A stretch of 64,000 bases of DNA from Candidatus Sumerlaeaceae bacterium (GTDB lineage Bacteria; Sumerlaeota; Sumerlaeia; Sumerlaeales; Sumerlaeaceae): assembly GCA_049968255.1 (NCBI GenBank), contig JBMFRB010000005.1, positions 37,822 through 101,821 of the forward strand, read 5' to 3'. The notes below the pieces were generated by a model, which saw only the letters and a program-made list of their open reading frames with translations, was not told the origin of the DNA and did no database searches. This document shows positions 1-8,542 of this stretch, in pieces (positions within the stretch are counted from its first letter, which is position 1; each line of letters starts with the position of its first letter). The position numbers were made by a program, and so were the translations under genes.

Positions 1-2
1 TT

Positions 3-494
3 GCCGACTGTGCGGTGCTACCGGATCCAACACCCGAACAGCTTTGCGACATTGCGCTGGCTACGGCGGAAATGATGCAGAAGCTGCTGGGCTTTGAACC
101 ACGCGTGGCGATGCTTAGCTTCTCGACCAAAGGCAGTGCCCAGCACCCGATGGTGGATAAAGTGCGCCAAGCCACCGAGCTCGTGAAGAAGGCCAAGCCT
201 GATCTGCTCTGCGATGGCGAACTGCAGGCCGACGCTGCACTCATCGAGAGCATCGGCAAGCGCAAAGCTCCGGACTCGCCAATGGCGGGCCGCGCCAATG
301 TGCTCATTTTCCCAGATCTCGATGCGGGAAATATCGCTTACAAGCTTGTGCAGCGTCTGGCCAAGGCCGACGCCATCGGGCCAGTGCTGCAGGGTCTTGC
401 GAAATCGGTGAACGATCTGTCGCGCGGTTGCAGCATTCGCGACATCGTGGACGTTGTAGCCATCACCGCGGCCAAAGCCAATTTCTTAGGCTAA
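3..494 (+). CDS. pta: Phosphate acetyltransferase, C-terminal part (5' truncated by the window edge)
   Basis: Frame open from the window start (ADCAVLPDP); motifs [54 protein letters not shown]. Confidence 0.93.
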   Translation, partial: ADCAVLPDPTPEQLCDIALATAEMMQKLLGFEPRVAMLSFSTKGSAQHPMVDKVRQATELVKKAKPDLLCDGELQADAALIESIGKRKAPDSPMAGRANVLIFPDLDAGNIAYKLVQRLAKADAIGPVLQGLAKSVNDLSRGCSIRDIVDVVAITAAKANFLG

Positions 495-524
495 AATCTT
501 CTTAAGATAATTTGTTATGATTAT

Positions 525-564
525 ACGGCTCTGCCGAGAAAAGGTGGGGCCGTTTGTTTTTCTT
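525..564 (+). terminator. Intrinsic terminator after pta
   Basis: Stem ACGGCTCTGCC / GGTGGGGCCGT (with G-U pairs) followed by TTGTTTTTCTT. Confidence 0.7.
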
Positions 565-699
565 GGGGGAGTGCGACACACCGTTTCGATCAGAAATTGG
601 GATTTCGGCTTGCTGCCAAAAGCGATTCCACTTGCTTGCGAGTGCCATCTCCTCATAGGTTCTGCTCAGAAATCGAACCTTTAAAAGAGGGAGCGAGCC

Positions 700-2028
700 A
701 TGCAGAGATTAGCGAAGCGAAAACTCGTGGGGACAAAAACATGTGCAGCAGTGCTGTGCGCCTTCCTTATGCTGAGGGGAGCTGCCTTTGCTCAGCAGAA
801 AACTGTGATCGAGTTCTGGCATTATTTCGGTGGCGACCACGTCAAGCTGATCAAAGAGTTCATTGATGAGTTTCAGGCCAAGAATCCCGACGTCGAGATC
901 AAGCAGGTTTTCCAAGGCCGCCCCAATGAGCTCTCCCAGAAGCTTCAGAGTGCTTTCGCGACAACACCTGCGAACAATCCGGTGCTCGCAACCGTCTACG
1001 AGAACTGGACGAGCGACTATGTGTCCAAGGGGCTAATGGATCCTGTGCAAAACTATATCGAAGGGCCGGACGGTTTCTCGAAAGAGGAACAAGAAGACTT
1101 CGTTAAGGGTTTCCGCGAGGCAAACACGTGGAACGGCAAATGGACGACAATGCCATTCAACAAGAGCATCTATCTCCTTTATGCCAACATGGACCGCTTG
1201 AAGAAGGCGGGCATGACGACGGCGCCGCGCACAATGAACGAACTGCGTGAGGCGATTATCAAATGCACAGAATCCGACGGCAAGCGGATCAAAACCTACG
1301 GCATCGGGGTGCAGCCCCAGAGCGAAGCTTTCAGCACACTTTACTTCGCTTCTGGGGGCGATCTGTTGGATGCGCAAGGAAATCCTGCGTTCAACAATGA
1401 GCTTGGCGTGAGCGTGCTAAAATTTTGGCAGGATTTGCAATATCCTGACAAGCACCTCTACGTTGACTCTAATTATATGGATGCGCCATTTGGCAATGAG
1501 CAGATTGCGATGTTTATTTACTCGAGCGCTAGCTTCCCTTACGTGCAGCGCTCGGTCGGAAATCGTTTCGAGTGGCTCGTGGCCCCTGTGCCAGGAATGG
1601 AAGGCAAGGAGCCACGCTACGTGATGCAGGGCACGAACCTTGGCATTTTCGCGAATCGGCCGGAAGCGGAACGCAAAGCTGCATGGCGCTTTGTCAAATT
1701 CCTTGTGCAACGCGAAAATTGCGTGCGTTGGGCTATGCGCACGGGCTACATGCCTATCCGCTACTCCATGCTTGAAGATCCAAAGATGAAAGAGTTCTTG
1801 GCGTCGAACCCACGCTATGCTGTGGCGGCGTCATTGGTGGTGCAAAACAAAGGCAAGCAGGAACCTAGCATTGCCGTGTGGGAAGGCGTGCGGCAAGACC
1901 TTGGGCGGATGGTGGACGATGTGCTCAACAGAAAGGCGGACCCGGCCAAGGTGCTGGCCGACACTGCCAAGCGAGCAGCCGAACGCATCGCGCGAGCTAA
2001 AGAGGCGGAACGGCGCAATAAAAAGTAG
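700..2028 (+). CDS. ABC transporter substrate-binding protein, carbohydrate/glycerol-3-phosphate (UgpB-like) family
   Basis: SD GAGGGAG; signal peptide ending AFA-Q; IEFWH, FQAKNPDV, MPFNKS, YANMD, AAWRFVKFL, TGYMP motifs. Confidence 0.88.
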   Translation: MQRLAKRKLVGTKTCAAVLCAFLMLRGAAFAQQKTVIEFWHYFGGDHVKLIKEFIDEFQAKNPDVEIKQVFQGRPNELSQKLQSAFATTPANNPVLATVYENWTSDYVSKGLMDPVQNYIEGPDGFSKEEQEDFVKGFREANTWNGKWTTMPFNKSIYLLYANMDRLKKAGMTTAPRTMNELREAIIKCTESDGKRIKTYGIGVQPQSEAFSTLYFASGGDLLDAQGNPAFNNELGVSVLKFWQDLQYPDKHLYVDSNYMDAPFGNEQIAMFIYSSASFPYVQRSVGNRFEWLVAPVPGMEGKEPRYVMQGTNLGIFANRPEAERKAAWRFVKFLVQRENCVRWAMRTGYMPIRYSMLEDPKMKEFLASNPRYAVAASLVVQNKGKQEPSIAVWEGVRQDLGRMVDDVLNRKADPAKVLADTAKRAAERIARAKEAERRNKK

Positions 2029-2131
2029 TCTGAAGCAGGCTCAGTCCAGATGGGCCGCGGAGGACGGTTCTTGCGAATGCAGGGGCGCACGGTTTCCCCC
2101 AAATGCCCGTGAGAAATGCGGTAAGAACGGG

Positions 2132-2163
2132 AGCCCTCGACGAAGCCACGTTTGTCGAGGGCT
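2132..2163. terminator. Hairpin between the convergent binding-protein gene and hflX; possible bidirectional terminator
   Basis: Perfect 10-bp stem AGCCCTCGAC / GTCGAGGGCT; weak U-tract. Confidence 0.45.
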
Positions 2164-2183
2164 TATTCGTCTAATCGAGACAA

Positions 2184-3566
2184 TCAGCGAGGCTCTGCTT
2201 TAGAAGAATAGCCCACACTATAGGGGCGCCATTCTTCCGTGCGGTGCGCATCGAGTTGTGCGCTTACACGGATTCCCTCTTCGGAAAAATCGGTCGCTAA
2301 GACCTTGCCTTCCTGATGAAGGCGTGCCAGGAGGTGATAGGCCGTTGGGGGAAGCAGAAGATCAAGCGTGACGGTGAGGGGCCGGGTTAGCCGCGCGACT
2401 TCCTCGAGCAAATCACGAATACCGATACGGTGACGCGCAGAAATAGCAACGGAGGGCACGTCGCTGGCTTCGAGCCGCTCGGTAGCAGCAGACACCAAGC
2501 CACGGTCGATTTTGTTGTAGACCCGTAGCAACGGTTTTTCGCTTGCGCCCAATTCCGCGAGAATTTCTTCGGTTGTTTGGATCTCTTGCTCGATGGTAGG
2601 TGAGGACGCGTCCACCACGTGGAGTAAGAGATCTGCATAGAGGACTTCTTCGAGAGTGGCCTTGAAAGCGGCAACGAGCGAAGGCGGCAAATCGCGAATG
2701 AAGCCGACCGTGTCCGTGAAGATAGCGACGCGGCTGTCGGGGAGTTGGGCACGTCGTGCTGTAGGATCCAGTGTGGCAAAAAGCTGGTCGGCCGTGGGGA
2801 CATGTGCCTTTGTGAGGACATTGAGAAGCGTGGACTTGCCCGCATTGGTGTAGCCGAGGAGAGCAACAACGGGCAGGTCCTGTCGCAGCCGTTGCTTGCG
2901 CTGCGTCTCGCGATGGCGCCGAACAGCGGTTAATTCCTTTTTTACTATGGCGATACGCTCGCCGATGCGGCGGCGGTCCATCTCGAGTTTGGTTTCACCG
3001 GGACCACGCGTGCCGATACCACCTCCTAAGCGCGACATAGCAAAGCCTTTGCCGATAAGCCGCGGTAAAACATATTGAAGCTGCGCGAGCTCGACTTGCA
3101 ACTTGCCTTCGTGCGTGCGAGCGCGACGCGCAAAGATGTCGAGGATCAGCTCCGTTCGGCCGATAATGCGCGTGCCGATTTCATCGGTGAGATTGCGCAC
3201 CTGGACTGGTGAAAAATCTCGATCAAAGACAATGCCTGTGAGCTCGAACATTTCGGCGCAGGCTTTGAGTTGCTGAACTTTGCCGCGGGTGAGGAAATAG
3301 GCAGGATCCACCGCACGCAGACGCATGACGAGCGAATCAACAACGACGCCAGATGCCGACTGCACCAGGCGCTCGAGCTCGGCCAGGGAAAGTACGGCAT
3401 GCTGGGCAGTGTCGCTAGGCAGCTGGAGTACGCAAACAAGGTAGGATTCTTCACCCGGAGAAGTGCTGCGAAAAGAAACGAATTGCGACGCAGCATTCTT
3501 TTGGCAAACGTCTAGCGCGTCTGTCGGTTCGCTCCGATTGTGTTGGCGCTGGCGCGCTGGCGTCAT
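2184..3566 (-). CDS. hflX: Ribosome-associated GTPase HflX
   Basis: LILDIFARRA, EGKLQVELAQL, GIGTRGPGETKLE, GYTNAGKSTL, LFATLDPT, DTVGFI, NKID. Confidence 0.96.
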   Translation of the reverse strand: MTPARQRQHNRSEPTDALDVCQKNAASQFVSFRSTSPGEESYLVCVLQLPSDTAQHAVLSLAELERLVQSASGVVVDSLVMRLRAVDPAYFLTRGKVQQLKACAEMFELTGIVFDRDFSPVQVRNLTDEIGTRIIGRTELILDIFARRARTHEGKLQVELAQLQYVLPRLIGKGFAMSRLGGGIGTRGPGETKLEMDRRRIGERIAIVKKELTAVRRHRETQRKQRLRQDLPVVALLGYTNAGKSTLLNVLTKAHVPTADQLFATLDPTARRAQLPDSRVAIFTDTVGFIRDLPPSLVAAFKATLEEVLYADLLLHVVDASSPTIEQEIQTTEEILAELGASEKPLLRVYNKIDRGLVSAATERLEASDVPSVAISARHRIGIRDLLEEVARLTRPLTVTLDLLLPPTAYHLLARLHQEGKVLATDFSEEGIRVSAQLDAHRTEEWRPYSVGYSSKAEPR

Positions 3567-3991
3567 GCTGACTTCTTTGGCTTTTTCTTGGCTTCTTCAG
3601 CCAGCCATTCTGCCTTCAGTTTGCCGATCGCCTTATTCATCATGATGAACATTGTATGCCAGTCAACGAGAAGCTGGTTGTACTGCGCCTCGCTCATTTC
3701 TTTGATGTACTGCAGGCTGACGGTATCCGTCAGCACTTTAAGGATGCCGTCGCCGTCCTTGAAATATTTTCCTGCCAACTCGAGAAAGCGATATTGGTTG
3801 CTGGCCAGCATATACATAATCTGGAAGAAAGCTTGTTCTTCCTGATCAGTGATCCGTCGGTCGCGCAGTTCTTCGGAAAAGAAGCGGAAGTAATCTTGCC
3901 AAAGCTTTGTGTATTGCTGGCATACGGCCAAGCGGTTCTCCAGCGATGTGAGTCGCAGATGGGGATCGTCTTTTTTGTGTCGCAGCGCCAC
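3563..3991 (-). CDS. Hypothetical all-helical cytoplasmic protein, paralogue of 7902-8468
   Basis: 142-aa ORF whose stop overlaps the hflX ATG (ATGA); aligns by eye with the 7902-8468 product (W...IT..EE..F...S.Q...E...WH..FI...KA.G.L). Confidence 0.8.
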   Translation of the reverse strand: MALRHKKDDPHLRLTSLENRLAVCQQYTKLWQDYFRFFSEELRDRRITDQEEQAFFQIMYMLASNQYRFLELAGKYFKDGDGILKVLTDTVSLQYIKEMSEAQYNQLLVDWHTMFIMMNKAIGKLKAEWLAEEAKKKPKKSA

Positions 3992-3997
3992 TCGCTA

Positions 3998-4108
3998 TTA
4001 CCCCTTTTTGAACATGTCGAGCGAATAGGCTATGTAGAGCGCATACACGAGAATACCCACGATGACGACGAGCTCGACCTTGGTGACGTAATTGAGCGTC
4101 GTAAACAC
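3998..4108 (-). CDS. Unannotated 36-aa single-TM microprotein (MFTTLNYVTKVELVVIVGILVYALYIAYSLDMFKKG)
   Basis: GTG start 7 nt after SD GGAGAAAGGA; double stop TAA TAG; fills the gap between two co-oriented genes; one hydrophobic helix with a basic tail. Confidence 0.65.
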   Translation of the reverse strand: MFTTLNYVTKVELVVIVGILVYALYIAYSLDMFKKG

Positions 4109-4133
4109 GGCTCGATCCTTTCTCCCTGGAGAC

Positions 4134-7100
4134 TCAGAAGTTCAAAATTTTTTCGGCACGAATGATCTTGGTACGCGCCTGTGGATCGATCATTTGCATC
4201 TGGACTTCGCCGCGCAACTTCTTGGCCTGGGCAATCTGATTGTAAGCAGTGTCAATAATGTCATAGGCGTCGCGTAGACTCACCTGATCGAGGATCAGGA
4301 GTTTCTGGAAATTCTCCGCCGCGACCAGAGCGTGCTTCACTGCGAGGATGACCTGCTCGTGCGTAGCTTCTTGCGATTTGGGTGGCTTGAGGTGGATAGT
4401 GCGTAGATAAATATCCCGAACAGCATCTTTGAAATCATTTGGGCTCATTTTGCCGGAGAGGCGCACAGCGCCAGCAAGGCCATTGGGCTGCTCGATGAGT
4501 TGCTTGATGAATGTCGGATCATGTGAGAGAACTACGTCGAATTTCTGGAAGCAATCGTCGAGCTGCGCCAGGAGTTCGCTGACTGCATCGAAATAGACCT
4601 GTTCTTGCAGGCGATTTTCAATTTGGTCCGTGAGTTCGATCGCTTTCTTCATATTCACATAGGACGACTGGTAATCGCCTTTTCGGAAATCGACAGCAGC
4701 GCGGTTCATGAGCGTTTTTACGTCGTCCACCTCTTGAGCCATATAGTTCTCGGCCCCGGCCTCGATTAACGCATTGAGCCGTGCCGTGTTTTCCTGCAAA
4801 TTCTGCTCGAGAACCAGCGGTGTGGTTTCAATCACGCGGGCGAGCCCAGCCTCAATGTCCTTGAGCCGCATCTCGACAGCGTCAAAGTTGCGCGTGCAGT
4901 ACTCATCGCGGGCTTGGGCGATCTCGGCAATGAGACTTTTCACCTCTTCCACGTTAAAGTAATTTGCCCCAGCGCGCAGAGCCTGGTTGAGAGCGCGATA
5001 AATGTTGTCGAGGCGCTCCTGGAATGTGTAATCGCGCGAGTGATCAAGCGCCATTTGAGCTAGCTTAACAGCTTCCTTCGCGAGTTCCTGTCCTTGCGCT
5101 GCGGTCTCCGCACTCCCTAGGAGCTCCTCTGCGACTGCTGCATTCTGTTCGGCCTCAACCAGGAGCGGATGTGCAGCTTTCCATCCCCCGTACTGCACGG
5201 ACAGGGCTGCAAGATCTTGTGCTTTGCGGACGTTGTAGAGACGCGCGTCGTCGGCAGCCGTGAGGGCTTGTTCGCTCACATCGCGCGCTTCGCGGTATTG
5301 CCCATTGGCCAAGAGTTTTTCGGCCTGTTCGTAAAGCGCAATGGCCTCAGTGAGCTGAGCCGGAGCAAACATGATGGCACCGGCTGCTTCAGCAAGGTTG
5401 ATGCGATCGGCCGCAGACTTCAGGTTAGCCTTGGCAGCGGCTCGTGCAGCATTAGTCTCGGCAGCCAAGAGGATACGTTGGGCTTCCTTGGCCGCCTCGA
5501 GTGATTTAAGGTAATCCTGGGTGATGAGGGCGTCCGACGACTCTTGCAGTTTGCGACGTGCTTCAGCAATCGCGCCTGGCTGATATTTGCGGATATCGCG
5601 CAGCCTGCGCTCGTCTTGTAACATTTGCTCTAATGCCACGCGAATCCCCTCGGCCGAATCGTTTGCAGGGGCCATTGTTGGGCTCGAAGAATTGGCTGGA
5701 TTGGAATTCGCTGCCACGAAGGGATCGCCGCGGAGTGTACCTTCGGCTTTTGGCGCAGTGCCACTGCTCACAGGGACTGGGCGTGTTCCTACGGTGGCAC
5801 CGGTGGGGGCGCCTGTCTTGCCTGCGAGATTCGAATCTACGACAGGCGTGTCGGATTTCATTATCGTGCCTGCAGGCATCCGCTCATTGGATAGTGGTAA
5901 GCTGGGGCTTGAGTCCGGACCGGCCATGATGTTCTGCTGAGCTAACTGTGCGATGACAAATGGTTTGGGAAGTAATTCCGACGCCTCTTCGTGGGCGAAT
6001 TTGTCATTTCCCTCACCCCCGCCCGGAGAGTCATTTTTCACCGTCACAACGCTAGGAACGCGTGGGGCACTCCCTTCGATGCGCCGCAGCAACTCTTCGG
6101 TGCGTTTCTGTTCTTCATGCGCGCGCTCAGCCAACAGCTGCTTGACGTTTTCCAGATACGCACGCGCTTTGGCGGTCAATTCCGCAGCCTGGCGATTCTT
6201 GTCCTGGCTGAGCAACTGCTGTGTTTCTTCGACGAGCTGTTGAACCTGACTGAGTCCCTGCGCGGCATATTCGCGCGCCCCTTTGCGTTCAAGGTCGCTC
6301 AGCTCATCCTGAACAGCGATCAGCGCGTGCTCTGCGACGATTCTGAAGGTGCGACTGACGACCTGATCAGAAATTTGCTTAGCTTCCTGGGCCAACTCAA
6401 CGGCTCGTTTGAATCGGCGCTCTGACCGGGCGCTTTTCGCATCGCGCACCTTCAAGGCGGCAGCGTCGCGTTGTGAAGCCAGGTTCTCCGCTTCCGTTTG
6501 GCGACGAACTTCAAGACGCTGGTCCACCACTGCCGACTTTGGTTGTGCCTGGAAGAATGAGTCCATTTTATCGAGCGTGCGCGAGCAGGTTTCCCAAGCT
6601 TGTTGTGCATCGAGGATGTGTTTTTCCGCGAGCTGATCAAAAGCGGCCACGATGCGATCATTCTCAATCAAGCCCTGGCTGGCCTTTTCTTTGGCTGTGT
6701 CGAAATCGTTATTGTTGAAGAGGTCACGCGCTTCCTTCAGGAGCTGCTCCATGACCTCGACGCGCCCCGGAAGGTACGTGTCCACCGCTTCATCGCGGAG
6801 AGTTTTGATGGCTTTCTCGACGGAAGCAATTTTGTCCTTTGTGGCCTCGATACGGGTGACGGTAACGAGATCTTCGATTTGCGGTTTGAGCTGCGGGATG
6901 GTGTTGAGCACCGTGTCGAACTGATTGTTGACATAGTTGACCATCAAGCTCTGAAAGGATGTTTCGGCCGCTTGCAGACGATCGGGTGCGTAGATAATAG
7001 CTTCGTCAGCGCGCGCCTCGGCAATTTTTGATTCAAGGTAGCGGAGTTCTGCCTGTGCCTTGGTTTTCTTTGTCTCGATGATGCCGTTTTCCGCATCAGT

Positions 7101-7829
7101 GATTGCTTGGCCACAAAGGATAATCGCCTGTTTGTAGTCGCGGTCTTTTTCAATTTTCTTGGTGATGTTGTCGATGTTTTCGCGGGTGCGCACGATAGCT
7201 TGCGGTTGATATTTTTCCGCTTCGGCCAATTCGAGCTCCTTGAGTTTACCCTTCAGCTCATCGAGCTTGTTGATCGCGGCGTTCTTCAAATGGGCCAGGA
7301 GTTGGTCCACTGCGACAAGTGTCTCGCGCGAAGCTTTGATAGAGTCTTCGTATTTTTGTTTTTGATATTTTTCACTTGCCGTCTGGAGGCTAGTTTCGGC
7401 CTTTTTGAATAGGTCGGGGTTTTCCTTGTCACCATCGTTGATGCGGGCAACTTCAACGGCTCGGCGCGCTTCTTGGAGAACTTGATCAGCATAGCGCGTG
7501 CGCGCATTATCGATGGCTTGCTTTGACTGGCGCACAGCTTCTTGTGCGGAGGAAAGCGCCTGAGAAAAACTCTGCCCAGTAAGGGCCTGCTGAGCTGCTT
7601 TTATGGCATTTTCGGCGGCTTCCAGAGCCCCTTTGCTCTCGTCGAATTTGTCAGCATTCCATTCGCGCGCTTGCTGCACATTGGCCGTTGCTTTCTTGAG
7701 GGAAAGCTCAGCGCGCTGTTTACTACAACCCGTTATTCCTAAAACCATTAGGATTGCGACACACCAGAGGGCCGCTTTTCGCCACCTAACGAATCCTTTC
7801 GTCACGTTGCCCGTCCTCATTTGTTTCAT
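4134..7829 (-). CDS. Very large (~1230 aa) predicted lipoprotein built from tandem DUF4398-like helical repeats with a central Pro/Ser-rich linker
   Basis: Basic N-region, hydrophobic stretch and lipobox ITG-C; recurring A..GA..Y/F-A-P..L..A units; ORF is open to 7871 but ATG 7829 follows a GAGG SD. Confidence 0.8.
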   Translation of the reverse strand: MKQMRTGNVTKGFVRWRKAALWCVAILMVLGITGCSKQRAELSLKKATANVQQAREWNADKFDESKGALEAAENAIKAAQQALTGQSFSQALSSAQEAVRQSKQAIDNARTRYADQVLQEARRAVEVARINDGDKENPDLFKKAETSLQTASEKYQKQKYEDSIKASRETLVAVDQLLAHLKNAAINKLDELKGKLKELELAEAEKYQPQAIVRTRENIDNITKKIEKDRDYKQAIILCGQAITDAENGIIETKKTKAQAELRYLESKIAEARADEAIIYAPDRLQAAETSFQSLMVNYVNNQFDTVLNTIPQLKPQIEDLVTVTRIEATKDKIASVEKAIKTLRDEAVDTYLPGRVEVMEQLLKEARDLFNNNDFDTAKEKASQGLIENDRIVAAFDQLAEKHILDAQQAWETCSRTLDKMDSFFQAQPKSAVVDQRLEVRRQTEAENLASQRDAAALKVRDAKSARSERRFKRAVELAQEAKQISDQVVSRTFRIVAEHALIAVQDELSDLERKGAREYAAQGLSQVQQLVEETQQLLSQDKNRQAAELTAKARAYLENVKQLLAERAHEEQKRTEELLRRIEGSAPRVPSVVTVKNDSPGGGEGNDKFAHEEASELLPKPFVIAQLAQQNIMAGPDSSPSLPLSNERMPAGTIMKSDTPVVDSNLAGKTGAPTGATVGTRPVPVSSGTAPKAEGTLRGDPFVAANSNPANSSSPTMAPANDSAEGIRVALEQMLQDERRLRDIRKYQPGAIAEARRKLQESSDALITQDYLKSLEAAKEAQRILLAAETNAARAAAKANLKSAADRINLAEAAGAIMFAPAQLTEAIALYEQAEKLLANGQYREARDVSEQALTAADDARLYNVRKAQDLAALSVQYGGWKAAHPLLVEAEQNAAVAEELLGSAETAAQGQELAKEAVKLAQMALDHSRDYTFQERLDNIYRALNQALRAGANYFNVEEVKSLIAEIAQARDEYCTRNFDAVEMRLKDIEAGLARVIETTPLVLEQNLQENTARLNALIEAGAENYMAQEVDDVKTLMNRAAVDFRKGDYQSSYVNMKKAIELTDQIENRLQEQVYFDAVSELLAQLDDCFQKFDVVLSHDPTFIKQLIEQPNGLAGAVRLSGKMSPNDFKDAVRDIYLRTIHLKPPKSQEATHEQVILAVKHALVAAENFQKLLILDQVSLRDAYDIIDTAYNQIAQAKKLRGEVQMQMIDPQARTKIIRAEKILNF

Positions 7830-7901
7830 CACGTCAGACCTCATTGAACATCCCTTGGTTAGGGAGGTCAAGTCCTGACTCGCCTCCCGCTCTTTTATTG
7901 C

Positions 7902-8468
7902 TCAGAACAAATTTAAACGCTTCCCCACAACCCAAATTGCTGCGCCAAGAAGAACCACAACGAGAATGTATTTGCCAACTGGTGGTTTCTCTTTTTTCTT
8001 TTTCTTTTTGTCGCCGCCACCGCCACCTTTCAGCTCGGAGATATTGGGTCCGCCGCCGGTTTTTTCCTTGGCTGTCGAAGGACGGTAACCCTCCGCAATG
8101 AACTGCAGAGCGCCCACGGCCTTTGCAAGATGGATAAACACATAATGCCAACTGTTGACGAGCAGCTGGCGATCCATCTTCGGTAGTTCCCGGAGATGCT
8201 GGATGGAGATGGATTGCCGGAGAAGATCGGCCATGCGCTGCTCGCCGAAGGTAAGTCCCGCCACCATCTTGCCTCTGAGCAAGCGCTGCAACCGCTGAAC
8301 TTCGCTTTTGAGGTCGAGAAAGGTTCGTTCGTCCTCTGGTGTAATCGGCTCGTCCGAGGCTGCTTTCACAAAATAAGCTTTGATGCGCAGCCAGATTTCC
8401 AGAAGGGCTTGTGCATCTTTTAGAGCCAATTCTGCCGGTGTAGGTGGTTTTTGTTTTTCTTTAGCCAT
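7902..8468 (-). CDS. Hypothetical tail-anchored membrane protein, paralogue of 3563-3991
   Basis: Helical N-domain, Gly/Lys linker GGGGDKKKKKKE, C-terminal TM YILVVVLLGAAIWVVG; SD GGAG. Confidence 0.8.
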   Translation of the reverse strand: MAKEKQKPPTPAELALKDAQALLEIWLRIKAYFVKAASDEPITPEDERTFLDLKSEVQRLQRLLRGKMVAGLTFGEQRMADLLRQSISIQHLRELPKMDRQLLVNSWHYVFIHLAKAVGALQFIAEGYRPSTAKEKTGGGPNISELKGGGGGDKKKKKKEKPPVGKYILVVVLLGAAIWVVGKRLNLF

Positions 8469-8542
8469 CCGTCTCCGCTAGCTCTCTTCGAGACCACAGG
8501 TGCTTTTGCGTTATTTGCTCTTTCGGGGGCAATTTCAAACCG

